A DNA stretch of 64,000 bases from assembly GCA_964392925.1 (NCBI GenBank), contig CAYMRP010000005.1, positions 26,093 to 90,092 of the forward strand, given 5' to 3'. The notes under the pieces were generated by a model that saw nothing but the letters and a program-made list of their open reading frames with translations, was not told where the DNA came from and made no database searches. Numbering within the stretch: position 1 is the stretch's first letter; every line of letters starts with the position of its first letter. This document shows, piece after piece, positions 18,812-28,752 of the stretch. The DNA is from an uncultured Gammaproteobacteria bacterium. Its GTDB lineage: Bacteria > Patescibacteriota > Microgenomatia > Daviesbacterales > UBA10151. A program made the position numbers and the translations under genes.

Positions 18812-19414
18812 CTAGTTTTTCAAATAATAAGCCTTTCCCGAAACGGACATTGATAAATTCGCATCAGAAGGTTGCCCAAAATTTATACTCGTAATTGTGA
18901 TCAATCTATCCGCCCTTTTAATATTACTTAACAACTCCATTAGATTTGAAAAACTTCCTTGTGTATTAAAAACAAAATCAATTTGATTTATTTGCGCTGC
19001 CTTCGTTAATCGAGTGTTTGGATTCTCCAAAATCACTGATTGTATCTGTATGCCGGAGATAGAGGCTTCCGCTGTTCTGGCAGCTGTCGTCAAACTATTT
19101 ATCAGCGAGGGCAAAGCCGGATTATCAGGCACCAAGCCTTCAATCTTATCCTTCACAGGCAGCGGTATATTTTCGTAGTTTCTTTTTCCTTCTACTAAAT
19201 TATTAACCTTTTCTTTTAAAGTGTTCAGTACTGTCGTCTGCTCTTGAATGCTTTTCTGTAAAGAGAGAATCGTAGTTACTGTTGGCCGGATGGCATAATA
19301 CGAAAAAATAGAAATAGTTATCAAACTAAAAATAAGCGAGCTGTATGTTTTTACAAACCTATTTTTGATAACCGGCCGCACATAAGTGTAGTATCTGCTT
19401 TTTCTTGGATTCAT
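18812..19414 (-). CDS. pilO: Type IV pilus alignment protein PilO-like
   Basis: TM, coiled coil, LVPDNPALPSLI, GSFSNLMELLSNIKRADRLITI. Confidence 0.8.
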   Translation of the reverse strand: MNPRKSRYYTYVRPVIKNRFVKTYSSLIFSLITISIFSYYAIRPTVTTILSLQKSIQEQTTVLNTLKEKVNNLVEGKRNYENIPLPVKDKIEGLVPDNPALPSLINSLTTAARTAEASISGIQIQSVILENPNTRLTKAAQINQIDFVFNTQGSFSNLMELLSNIKRADRLITITSINFGQPSDANLSMSVSGKAYYLKN

Positions 19415-19416
19415 TT

Positions 19417-19992
19417 TTAAGTTTTATTCTTAGTACCAGTTACAGTAAATACAATTTGATTCTGTTCAAACGCAATACTGGCTAAGTTTATTTCTCTGAA
19501 ATTTTCCATTTTTCTCAAATTATTCAAAAATATTCCCAAATCAGAATTTGAGCTGGTTGTCGCTCCAATCCTAAAAGCCACACTTGTCTCATCTTTCTCC
19601 TCCAGCGCCAAGCCTGTAAAAACAATCGATTGTGGAATTTGGCCTGACAATTCAATAATTGTTTCCTGCCACTTATCAGAATTTAAGTAAGTCTTATCGA
19701 TGAGTCCCAGCTTTGTTTGAGTTTGTTTAATTAACGCTTCGTCAGGCTCAAGTCCTTCAACATAAGGCAAATCCTGATTAATCTTGGTCTTTAAAGTATC
19801 AAGATCAGCATCTAACTTAAATCGTGCTAGGAATGCCCCCACCACAATAATTTCAACCAGAATAACAATGAATCTTCCATAAGTTATCAGCCATTTAAGG
19901 AATCTTTCCGGCAGCTTAAGCGGAGCCTCTTTAGGGTGCAGTAGATTTAAGCTGATACGCAGCTTCGAAGACTGTTGGGCAGAATCGGCCAT
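19417..19992 (-). CDS. pilN: Type IV pilus alignment protein PilN-like
   Basis: N-terminal ISLNLLHPK (INLLP-like PilM-binding motif), TM, IPQSIVFT, FLNNLRKMENFREINL. Confidence 0.8.
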   Translation of the reverse strand: MADSAQQSSKLRISLNLLHPKEAPLKLPERFLKWLITYGRFIVILVEIIVVGAFLARFKLDADLDTLKTKINQDLPYVEGLEPDEALIKQTQTKLGLIDKTYLNSDKWQETIIELSGQIPQSIVFTGLALEEKDETSVAFRIGATTSSNSDLGIFLNNLRKMENFREINLASIAFEQNQIVFTVTGTKNKT

Positions 19993-20136
19993 TAATACTA
20001 TTTTAGTTCACTCAGAGCAAAAATTTAACTACCAAACATCTCATTAAAATATCACTCTTGTAACAGTGTAGTATTCGCAGACAACCGGAAGTTTTGAGCT
20101 TATTTGTTTAAAACCAGGGGAGAAAATTAAAACAGA

Positions 20137-20400
20137 CTATTTCTTAGCAGTAGACGCAGCTGCAGGTTTAGCCAAAGTTTTTGCCAATCTGCTTTTGAGT
20201 CTGTTAGCTTTGTTCTTATGTATCAAGTTTGTTTTAACTGCTTTATCAAGTTTTGAAAAAGCTGCAGTCAAATTAGGAGCGCTTGGAGTTTTACGCATAG
20301 TTTTGACTAACTTTTTAAGAGCAATCTTTTTATCTTTATTCTGTAAAGTGCGCTTTCTGTCATGGCGCATCTTTTTGCGTGCTTGTTTAAGTAACGGCAT
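20137..20400 (-). CDS. rpsT: 30S ribosomal protein S20
   Basis: LKQARKKMRHDRKRTLQN, LDKAVKTNLIHKNKANRLKSRL. Confidence 0.96.
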   Translation of the reverse strand: MPLLKQARKKMRHDRKRTLQNKDKKIALKKLVKTMRKTPSAPNLTAAFSKLDKAVKTNLIHKNKANRLKSRLAKTLAKPAAASTAKK

Positions 20401-20458
20401 GTGGGGAATAGTACCATAGTTTGAGGCTGTGAAGCAACAGTTATACAGACCCCTTAAA

Positions 20459-20490
20459 ACTTTTGGTACCTGTGATACTTTTGGTACCTG
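20459..20490. repeat. 14-bp direct repeat ACTTTTGGTACCTG x2 (20459-20472 and 20477-20490) in the rpsT/murJ divergent promoter region
   Basis: Read directly; 18-bp period, each copy contains the palindrome GGTACC. Confidence 0.8.
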
Positions 20491-20507
20491 AATTATTATG
20501 TAAAGTA

Positions 20508-22145
20508 ATGGTTAAGTCCTTTCTAAATTTATTGGCTACAAGACAAAGTTCCATTCTTTCCGGCGCGACCGTACTCATGATTGCTGTTTTTGCCTCCCGT
20601 TTCCTTGGATTGATCCGCGACCGGCTATTGGTCCAGAATTTTAATACCTCAGAAGCCGCTATCTTTTTTGCTGCTTTTCGTCTGCCTGATTTGCTATTTC
20701 AAATACTAGTATTCGGTTCTTTATCTGTCGCTTTCATTCCGGTTTTTGCTGAAACTCTCCATAAGAAAGGGGACGAAGAGGCCTTTAAATTTGCATCCAG
20801 CATCCTCAATCTCTCACTCCTTCTTTTTGGTGTAGTTGTTACGCTCTCTATCATCTTCGTTGCCCCCCTAAACTCTCTTTTTGTTCCTGGTTTTCAGGGA
20901 GAGCAAAAAATTCTGACAGACCAGATAACTCAAATTATCTTAATCGCCCAAGTTATATTAGTTGTCGGCACTTTCTTTTTTGGGATTGCCCATACTTATC
21001 AAAGATTCATCATTCCCGCACTTGCTCCAATTTTCTATAACCTTGGAATAATTTTTGGCATTGTATTTTTGACAAAGTTCTTTGGCATGCAGGGTCTTGG
21101 GCTCGGTGTTGTCCTCGGAGCGTTTCTTCATGTTGTCGTCCAAATACCTTTAATAAAATCTCTTGGCTTCCAGTATAAATTCACTTTTGATTTTTTTAAC
21201 TCAGGAGTCAAAGATGTTTTTAAATTAATGAGCATTCGCAATATCGGTTTAATCGCCGAACAAATAAATGAAACTGTCGGCATAGCTCTGGCTTCAATTT
21301 TATCCTATTCCTCAGTTACTCTTCTAACTTTTGGTCAGCATCTATTTGCTGTCCCAATCGGTTTATTTGGAGCCACAATTGCTCAGGCCGCTTTACCGGT
21401 TCTCTCGAAAGAATATGCCCGAAACGAAATTGAATCTTTCAAAATCACCCTCCTAACTACAATGCATCAGATACTTTTTCTGACACTCCCTGCAGCCGCG
21501 ATCTTAATAGTTCTGCGAATCCCGGTTGTTCGTTTAGTCTTTGGAGCCGATCAATTCTCATGGGACGACACAGTTTTAACCGGCAGAACCGTCGCCCTTT
21601 TTGCCCTTGGTCTGGCTGCTCAATCAATTGTCCTTCTTCTAGTCCGCGCCTTTTATGCTATGAAGAACACTAAAATCCCCGTTGTTGCTTCTCTTATTAC
21701 AGTCACTGTTAATATTATGCTAAGCAGCTTATTTGTTTTGTATATGAAGCTTGAGGTCTGGAGTATCGGTTTGGCTTACTCAGTATCTGCAATAGTTAAC
21801 GCTATTTTTCTAATATATTTCTTAAATAGAAAGATACCAGGCTTCAATAATACCAACCTAACTATCCCAATCCTTAAGATGTTAACAGCCGCTTCCGCCG
21901 CCGCTTTTGCACTATACATTCCTATGAAATCCTTAGATCAGCTGGTTTTTGATACTACCAAAACTATTAATCTGATATTCCTGACCGGAATTGCCTCAGT
22001 AGTTGGTATATCAATTTATCTACTTCTTGTCTGGCTTCTGGACGTAAAAGAACTAACAACATTCATTAACTTATTTAAAAAGTTCACCAAGATCAAATTT
22101 TCCCCCGACACCCAGGAAATGGCTGAAGATACTCGAAAAATGTAG
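20508..22145 (+). CDS. murJ: Lipid II flippase MurJ (MviN)
   Basis: SRFLGLIRD, AAFRLPD, AFIPVF, PIGLFG, RAFYAMKNTKIP; many TM helices. ATG at 20508. Confidence 0.93.
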   Translation: MVKSFLNLLATRQSSILSGATVLMIAVFASRFLGLIRDRLLVQNFNTSEAAIFFAAFRLPDLLFQILVFGSLSVAFIPVFAETLHKKGDEEAFKFASSILNLSLLLFGVVVTLSIIFVAPLNSLFVPGFQGEQKILTDQITQIILIAQVILVVGTFFFGIAHTYQRFIIPALAPIFYNLGIIFGIVFLTKFFGMQGLGLGVVLGAFLHVVVQIPLIKSLGFQYKFTFDFFNSGVKDVFKLMSIRNIGLIAEQINETVGIALASILSYSSVTLLTFGQHLFAVPIGLFGATIAQAALPVLSKEYARNEIESFKITLLTTMHQILFLTLPAAAILIVLRIPVVRLVFGADQFSWDDTVLTGRTVALFALGLAAQSIVLLLVRAFYAMKNTKIPVVASLITVTVNIMLSSLFVLYMKLEVWSIGLAYSVSAIVNAIFLIYFLNRKIPGFNNTNLTIPILKMLTAASAAAFALYIPMKSLDQLVFDTTKTINLIFLTGIASVVGISIYLLLVWLLDVKELTTFINLFKKFTKIKFSPDTQEMAEDTRKM

Positions 22146-22195
22146 CCTGCAAATAAAATTTCAGAAATCAAAGCGCATAAGTTACAATACACTCC

Positions 22196-23953
22196 ATGAA
22201 TATTCGCAATTTTTCTATTATCGCTCACGTCGATCACGGCAAGTCGACCCTGGCAGATCGATTAATTGAAATCACCGGCACCGTTGCCAAAGATAAAATG
22301 CAGGCCCAGCTTCTGGATTCTCTGGCTCTCGAACGCGAGAGGGGAATCACTATCAAGCTCGCCCCTGTCCGTTTGCAATATACATTGAACGGCGAACCCT
22401 ACACGCTGAACCTAATCGATACTCCCGGCCATGTAGACTTTTCTTATGAAGTTTCCAGAGCTCTTGCAGCAGTTGAAGGTGCCGTCATCTTAGTCGATGC
22501 CACTCAGGGAATTCAGGCTCAAACTCTCTCACACGGTTTAGCCGCTCTTGAACAAAACCTAACCCTAATCCCAGTTTTAAACAAAGTCGACTTGCCTAAC
22601 GCTGATGTTGAAAAATATAAAAAACAGTTAGTCGACACCTTCGGTTTTCTCGAGTCAGAAATAATTATGGCCTCAGGTAAAGCTGGTATTGGTATCGAAG
22701 AAATACTAAAAGCCGTCATCGACAGAATCCCTGCACCTAAGCAGGAAGTAGAGAAACCTCTTAAAGCTTTAATTTTTGATTCCTACTTCGATGCCTATAA
22801 AGGTGTTGTCGCCCAGGTCCGAATTGTCGAAGGCCGGGTTCCTGCTCTTCAATCCAAAATCGTTTTTCTTGGAACTAAATCTGAAGGCCAAGTTTTAGAA
22901 AAAGGTTATTTCGCGCCTCAACTAAAAGAGGTCGAAACCTTAGAAGCAGGCGAGATTGGTTATATAGCAACTGGTATAAAAGTTTCAGACACAGTTAGGG
23001 TTGGAGATACTATTTCAACTTCATTCGAGCAATCCCAAGTACCAGGCTATAAAGAGGTCAAACCAATGGTTTATGTTGGCCTTTATCCGATCGACTCTTC
23101 CGAATACTTTGATTTAAAAGAAGCTCTTTCTAAATTCAAATTAAATGATCCCGCCTTCTCTTACGAGATGGAGCAGTCGGCAGCCTTGGGTTCCGGATTT
23201 CGCTGTGGCTTCTTAGGTCTGCTTCACGCTGAGGTTGTCCAGGAGCGCCTTTCAGGAGAATTCAATGTCGACCTTTTAGCAACCGCCCCTTCGGTTGAAT
23301 ATTTAGTCAACGGCCAAATAGTTCACAATCCAGCTGATTTAGATCTATCTCAAATGAAAACCATTGATGAGCCTTGGATAAAACTGCAAATGTTTTGCCC
23401 TCAGGAATATATCGGAAAAGTCATGGAATTAGTCCAGGAAAAACGCGGCAAATTTATTAATATGATCCATTACGGTATGCAGGCCGAACTTATTTATGAA
23501 ATGCCTTTAGCCGACATGATCACCGATTTTTACGACAAACTAAAATCCGTCTCCTCAGGTTTTGCCTCACTCGATTGGGAATTTATGGATTTTCGTCCTG
23601 TTGAAGCTGCTAAAGTAGATATCCTGGTTGGCGGCGAAAAAGTCGATGCTTTAGCCTTCGTCACTGTTCGCTCTAAAGCCGAATCCGCCGGCCGACGATT
23701 AATCTCAAAGCTGAAGGATGTCCTCCCAAGACAAAATTTCGCCATCGCTCTCCAGGCCACAATCGGCGGCAATGTCATTGCCAGAGAAACAATATCGCCA
23801 TTCAGAAAAGATGTTACCGCCGGTCTTTATGGTGGAGACAGAACCAGAAAAGACAAGTTGCTGGATAAACAGAAAAAAGGTAAAGCCAAAATGAAAATGG
23901 TCGGCCGCGTCGAAATCCCCCAAGAAGCATTTCTGAGTATTTTAAAAAGTTAA
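22196..23953 (+). CDS. lepA: Elongation factor 4 (LepA)
   Basis: IRNFSIIAHVDHGKSTLADR, LIDTPGHVDF, GFRCGFLGLLH, RKDVTAGLYGGD. Confidence 0.98.
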   Translation: MNIRNFSIIAHVDHGKSTLADRLIEITGTVAKDKMQAQLLDSLALERERGITIKLAPVRLQYTLNGEPYTLNLIDTPGHVDFSYEVSRALAAVEGAVILVDATQGIQAQTLSHGLAALEQNLTLIPVLNKVDLPNADVEKYKKQLVDTFGFLESEIIMASGKAGIGIEEILKAVIDRIPAPKQEVEKPLKALIFDSYFDAYKGVVAQVRIVEGRVPALQSKIVFLGTKSEGQVLEKGYFAPQLKEVETLEAGEIGYIATGIKVSDTVRVGDTISTSFEQSQVPGYKEVKPMVYVGLYPIDSSEYFDLKEALSKFKLNDPAFSYEMEQSAALGSGFRCGFLGLLHAEVVQERLSGEFNVDLLATAPSVEYLVNGQIVHNPADLDLSQMKTIDEPWIKLQMFCPQEYIGKVMELVQEKRGKFINMIHYGMQAELIYEMPLADMITDFYDKLKSVSSGFASLDWEFMDFRPVEAAKVDILVGGEKVDALAFVTVRSKAESAGRRLISKLKDVLPRQNFAIALQATIGGNVIARETISPFRKDVTAGLYGGDRTRKDKLLDKQKKGKAKMKMVGRVEIPQEAFLSILKS

Positions 23954-24020
23954 GGTTTATAGACCAAATGATTTAAGCATAAAAAAAGGTGGAGAAGTCT
24001 TCAGACAATCAGCTAAATCA

Positions 24021-25274
24021 TCATGTAATAGCTGAATATTCAATACTCTCGAGCTTTGTAAAAGTAAAATAAAGGTAAGTTGCAAACAGAAAAACAACAG
24101 CTGCGCCAATTGCTATCGCCGGTCTTGATCCAATTTGCTCTGCCACCCATCCAACCTGAAAGTTACCCACAAATAACATCCCCTGATGGCATGTTACAAA
24201 AATACTCATCACTCTTCCCCGGAGGTGATTCTCTACATTATTCTGAATTATCGACTGCATTAAAGCCATCTGCGCCGCAATTCCAGCCCCAGCCATAAAC
24301 ATTAGCATCAGCGCTAAAGTAAAATTTGTCGTTAACGTAAAACTAAATAAAGCCACAGTAAAAATAAAACTCCCACCAAGCAGCAATCTTCGAACCGAAT
24401 AGCGGTTATTAAACGCCGAAATAAACACCGTCCCCAAAACTGCCCCTGTTCCAAAACAGGAATAGAATAATCCTAAACCAAACGAATCCTGATGAAAAAC
24501 CCTATCTGCCACAACCGGCAGCATTGAAACATAGCTCCAGCCAAACACCGAGGTAAAAATCGTAAACAGCATAATATTTTTAATAATTGGGTGACGATAT
24601 GTGTACTTAAGTCCCTGCTTTATGGCCAAAAGAGGATGCTGAGTTGATTTAACTACCGGAGGCAAATTTAATTTCATCGACCTGACAGCAATAATCGGCC
24701 CTAAAAATGTTAGCCCGTTAAGGATAAATGTTATACCAGTTCCTAGTCGGGCAATTAAAATACCTGCCAAAGCCGGTCCAAAAACTCTGGCGCTATTAAA
24801 AGATCCCACATTAAGAGCAATAGCCGAAGGTAAATGTTCACGTCCTACCATCTCAATAGTCAAAGCTTGTCTGGCGGGATTATCAATTGCCTGAACCAAC
24901 CCTAATAGAAACGCAAAAACTGCCACCCCCCAAACATTAATATGTCCCGTTATGGTCAGTACTCCTAAGGTTAAAGCTAAAACCAGAGAAGAAGCTTGCG
25001 TATAAATAATTAATTTCTGTTTATCAAAACGGTCAACAATTAGTCCTCCAAAAATACCAAAAAATAAAATCGGCATATGATTAAGTGCTGAAACTAGACC
25101 GACCATAAAAGGGGAGTTCGTTAATTGAAATACCAGCCATCCTTGGGCCACAGTCTGCATCCACGATCCCGATAGCGAGACTAACTGGCCTTGGAAGTAA
25201 TATCTATAGTTCTCGTGTTTTAATGCTGGAAATATCCGGCCGGCTTTTCTCCTGAGTTGCTTAATGCTTATCAT
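24021..25274 (-). CDS. MFS transporter (MFS_3/EntS-like)
   Basis: GQLVSLSGSWMQ, GGLIVDRFDK motif A, DNPARQA, ARVFGPALAG, LRGRVMS; about 12 TM helices. Confidence 0.9.
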   Translation of the reverse strand: MISIKQLRRKAGRIFPALKHENYRYYFQGQLVSLSGSWMQTVAQGWLVFQLTNSPFMVGLVSALNHMPILFFGIFGGLIVDRFDKQKLIIYTQASSLVLALTLGVLTITGHINVWGVAVFAFLLGLVQAIDNPARQALTIEMVGREHLPSAIALNVGSFNSARVFGPALAGILIARLGTGITFILNGLTFLGPIIAVRSMKLNLPPVVKSTQHPLLAIKQGLKYTYRHPIIKNIMLFTIFTSVFGWSYVSMLPVVADRVFHQDSFGLGLFYSCFGTGAVLGTVFISAFNNRYSVRRLLLGGSFIFTVALFSFTLTTNFTLALMLMFMAGAGIAAQMALMQSIIQNNVENHLRGRVMSIFVTCHQGMLFVGNFQVGWVAEQIGSRPAIAIGAAVVFLFATYLYFTFTKLESIEYSAIT

Positions 25275-25422
25275 AAATTTGATCTATCTGCCCAAAAGTC
25301 CTGTCCCCGAAGATTATAAAAATTTGAAGGTTAAACTTAAAAGCGGGCTTACTACCTACTCATTTTCGAACAAACACTCTCAAGTTTCAAGTCTATATCA
25401 GAAAGCAATATAAGCAACCCTC

Positions 25423-25460
25423 TTGACAGTATATTAGCACTCGTTATATACTACTGCTAA
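25423..25460 (+). promoter_or_regulatory. Sigma70 promoter (TTGACA 25423-28; TATACT 25447-52) overlapped by a CIRCE element TTAGCACTC-N9-TACTGCTAA (25434-25460)
   Basis: Left arm is a perfect CIRCE, right arm matches 6/9 of GAGTGCTAA; directly upstream of hrcA. Confidence 0.9.
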
Positions 25461-25471
25461 GCCTTAAGGAT

Positions 25472-26197
25472 ATGAATCTATCGGATAGACAGAAAGAATT
25501 GCTCAAAGCAATTGTTGAATTGCACGTTAAAAACGGAGAGTCCGTAGGTTCGGAGACCATTGAAAAGGAGTTTAATCTGGGGGTTTCCCCCGCCACCATT
25601 CGTAACGAAATGGTTAAGCTGACTGATATGGGCTTTTTAAAACAGCCCCATACCTCAGCCGGCCGGGTTCCAACATCAATGGGTTACCGGGTTTATATCC
25701 AGGACTTAATGAAAGAAAAGGAATTGCCCGTTGCCGCCGAAGTCCAAATGAAACAGGATCTTTGGCAAAAGAGGCACACCAGTAATCTTTTAGTCAAGGA
25801 GGCCGTCAGAAGCCTTTCGCAAAAGCTAAAAATGCTGGCCCTCGCAGTCAACGAGGATGATGAAGTTCTTTTCGCCGGAGCCTATCATATTCTGGATTTT
25901 CCGGAATTTGAAGACATCGACGTTACTCGGTTTGTTTTATCATTATTTGATGAAAACCCGAGATTAAAAGAGATCATCGGCAGAGCCCTAGGTCCCGATC
26001 CTTTACATGTCCTGTTTGGAGATGAATTGGGGATGGAGTATCTTGATCCGACAAGTTTTGTCTTTTGCAAATTCGAAGGAGCAGGCAAAGGCGGAATAAT
26101 CGGAGTTATCGGCCCGGCTAGGATGAACTTTCCAGTCATTTTGCCTTATGTCCGGTACACAAGCAACCTAATTGACCAGGCAATTAAGTCTTATTAA
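25472..26197 (+). CDS. hrcA: Heat-inducible transcription repressor HrcA (short form)
   Basis: LSDRQKELL, VSPATIRNEM, QPHTSAGRVPT, GVIGPARM. Confidence 0.95.
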   Translation: MNLSDRQKELLKAIVELHVKNGESVGSETIEKEFNLGVSPATIRNEMVKLTDMGFLKQPHTSAGRVPTSMGYRVYIQDLMKEKELPVAAEVQMKQDLWQKRHTSNLLVKEAVRSLSQKLKMLALAVNEDDEVLFAGAYHILDFPEFEDIDVTRFVLSLFDENPRLKEIIGRALGPDPLHVLFGDELGMEYLDPTSFVFCKFEGAGKGGIIGVIGPARMNFPVILPYVRYTSNLIDQAIKSY

Positions 26198-26206
26198 TTT
26201 AACAAA

Positions 26207-26740
26207 ATGGCAAAGAAACAAGACGACAGTCAAATAAAAGAGGAAGAAAAAAATGAAGCAGTCACAGAAGTGAGTGTTGAAGAATTTGAAGCAGTGCAGA
26301 CGGAGCTTCAAGCTCTTAAACAAAATTTTGAAACAGTTGATTCTCAATTCAAAAGAGCATTAGCTGATTATCAGAATTTAGAAAAAAGGATTGCTGATGG
26401 CAGATCTGAAATGAATAGTTGGGCAGTCACTGACTTACTAACTAGGATCGCCGGCGTAATGCATTATTTTGACCAGGCCTTTAAAGGCGTAACGGATGAC
26501 GAGCAGAAGTCCGGCTGGTTTAAAGGCGTGCAAATGGCAACCTTACAGCTTCGTCAGGTTTTAAAAGACCAAGGCTTGGAAGAGATTGAAACAGACGGTC
26601 AATTTGATCCAAGCCTCCACGAAGCTGTAGACACAAAAGATGGGGAAGATGGTAAAATATTGGAAGTTATTGAAAAAGGCTATAAACTAAATGGTAAAAT
26701 ATTAAAACCAGCAAGAGTTATAGTCGGAAAGAAAGAGTAA
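26207..26740 (+). CDS. grpE: Nucleotide exchange factor GrpE
   Basis: [38 protein letters not shown]. Confidence 0.95.
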   Translation: MAKKQDDSQIKEEEKNEAVTEVSVEEFEAVQTELQALKQNFETVDSQFKRALADYQNLEKRIADGRSEMNSWAVTDLLTRIAGVMHYFDQAFKGVTDDEQKSGWFKGVQMATLQLRQVLKDQGLEEIETDGQFDPSLHEAVDTKDGEDGKILEVIEKGYKLNGKILKPARVIVGKKE

Positions 26741-26744
26741 AAAT

Positions 26745-28685
26745 ATGGCAAAAATTATTGGAATTGATTTAGGCACAACAAATAGCTGTATCGCAGTAAT
26801 GGAGGGTGGTAAGCCCAAAGTTATTCATAGTGCAGAAGGCGCAAACACTATTCCTTCTGTAGTTAACCCGCTTAAAAATGTTGTCGGAACTCCCGCAAAA
26901 CGTCAGGCGATTGTTAATCCTAAAGAAACTATCTTCTCTGTAAAGCGTTTAATGGGGCGAAAATTCGACGACCCAGAAGTTCAAAGAGATATTAAATGGC
27001 TTCCATACAACGTCAAAGCCGGCAAAAACGGCATGGCTGTGGTTGAAATTAGCGGCAAAGAATACACTCCACAAGAAATTTCAGCCATGATTTTAGGCAA
27101 AATTAAAGCCGATGCTGAATCTTATTTGGGCGAAAAGGTCACTGATGCCGTTATCACAGTTCCGGCCTATTTCGATGATTCTCAACGTCAAGCCACTAAA
27201 CAAGCCGGAGAAATCGCTGGACTAAATGTTCAAAGAATTATTAACGAACCAACCGCCGCAGCCTTAGCCTATGGTCTGGATAAGCAAAACGCTCATACCA
27301 TCGCAGTTTATGATTTAGGTGGAGGTACTTTTGATATTTCAGTTCTCGAACTCGGTGATGGTGTCTTTGAAGTCAAATCCACCAACGGAGACACTCATTT
27401 AGGCGGCGATGATTTTGACCAAAAAATAATCGACTTCTTAGCTGATGAATTCCAGAAAACCGAAGGTATTGATCTTAAAAAAGATAAACAGGCGCTCCAA
27501 AGACTAAAAGATGCCGCTGAAAAAGCTAAAATTGAACTCTCCTCATCTCAGGAAACCGATATTTCTATTCCTTTTGTTACCGCCGGCGCAGATGGTCCAA
27601 AGCACCTTGACGTTAAAATGTCTAGAGCTAAACTTGAATCAATTGTTCAGGAGTTAATTGATAAAACTTTTGACGCTGTCAGCAATGCGCTTAAAGATGC
27701 CAAACTTGATCCTAAAGGTATTGGTGAAGTGGTTTTAGTTGGAGGCATGACCAGAATGCCTGCAGTCCAAGCTTCAGTCGAAAAATTCTTCGGCAAAGAG
27801 CCTCATCGTGGTATTAATCCTGATGAAGTTGTAGCAATAGGTGCAGCCATTCAAGGAGGAGTCTTAGGTGGAGAGGTCAAAGATGTCCTTCTTCTGGACG
27901 TTACTCCATTAACACTAGGTATTGAAACTCTTGGTTCTGTTTCAACACCATTAATCCCTAGAAACACAACAATTCCAAGCTCAAAATCTGAGACTTTCTC
28001 TACAGCAGCAGATAATCAAACCTCAGTTGAAATCAATGTTCTTCAGGGTGAACGCCCTATGGCCGCCGACAATAAATCTCTTGGCCGCTTTATATTGGAC
28101 GGAATTCCACCTTCACCTAGGGGGGTTCCACAAGTCGAGGTTACTTTCGATATCGACGCTAACGGAATCTTAAACGTTTCCGCCAAAGATAAAGCCTCTG
28201 GCAAAGAACAAAAAATTACAATCACCGGCTCAACTGGTTTAGATAAAGACGAAGTTGAAAAGATGACTAAAGAAGCGGAAGCTAATGCTGAAGCAGATAA
28301 AGCTAAAAAAGACGAAATAGAAGCCAGAAATCACGCTGACACTCTAGTCTATACCGCTGAAAAATCATTAAAAGATGCTGGAGACAAAGTCCCTGCCGAT
28401 GTCAAAACCGAAGTTGAAGAAAAAATCCAGGCTGTTAAAGATGCTAAAGATGCCTCGCTGGAAGATTTAAAAACTAAAGCTGATGCCCTTTCTGAGAGCT
28501 TACAAAAAGTTGGTGCAGCTATGTATAAAGATCAGGCATCATCAGCTAATGCTTCTGGTTCAGAGCCAGCTCAGGGCGACTCCGAAGCTCAGGCTTCTGA
28601 TGAATCAGCGGGTTCAGAAGAGTCAGCAAAACCAGCTGAAGGTGAAACAGTTGAGGGTGAAGTCGTCGAAGAGAAGAAAGATTAA
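26745..28685 (+). CDS. dnaK: Chaperone DnaK (Hsp70)
   Basis: [46 protein letters not shown]. Confidence 0.99.
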   Translation: MAKIIGIDLGTTNSCIAVMEGGKPKVIHSAEGANTIPSVVNPLKNVVGTPAKRQAIVNPKETIFSVKRLMGRKFDDPEVQRDIKWLPYNVKAGKNGMAVVEISGKEYTPQEISAMILGKIKADAESYLGEKVTDAVITVPAYFDDSQRQATKQAGEIAGLNVQRIINEPTAAALAYGLDKQNAHTIAVYDLGGGTFDISVLELGDGVFEVKSTNGDTHLGGDDFDQKIIDFLADEFQKTEGIDLKKDKQALQRLKDAAEKAKIELSSSQETDISIPFVTAGADGPKHLDVKMSRAKLESIVQELIDKTFDAVSNALKDAKLDPKGIGEVVLVGGMTRMPAVQASVEKFFGKEPHRGINPDEVVAIGAAIQGGVLGGEVKDVLLLDVTPLTLGIETLGSVSTPLIPRNTTIPSSKSETFSTAADNQTSVEINVLQGERPMAADNKSLGRFILDGIPPSPRGVPQVEVTFDIDANGILNVSAKDKASGKEQKITITGSTGLDKDEVEKMTKEAEANAEADKAKKDEIEARNHADTLVYTAEKSLKDAGDKVPADVKTEVEEKIQAVKDAKDASLEDLKTKADALSESLQKVGAAMYKDQASSANASGSEPAQGDSEAQASDESAGSEESAKPAEGETVEGEVVEEKKD

Positions 28686-28714
28686 AGTAAATTCTAACTA
28701 GTTGTTAGGGTAAC

Positions 28715-28738
28715 GCCTCGGATAACCGGGGCTTTTTT
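28715..28738 (+). terminator. Rho-independent terminator after dnaK
   Basis: GCCTCGG-ATAA-CCGGGGC stem (one G-U pair) followed by TTTTTT. Confidence 0.8.
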
Positions 28739-28752
28739 GTATAATACACAAC

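Noticed and set aside
25285-25320. ATCTTCGGGGACAGG on the minus strand upstream of the MFS gene resembles the 5' end of an FMN riboswitch
   Set aside because: The rest of the RFN core (GTGAAATTCCC.ACCG, AGTC.GGATG) is absent and fewer than 30 nt remain before the ATG.
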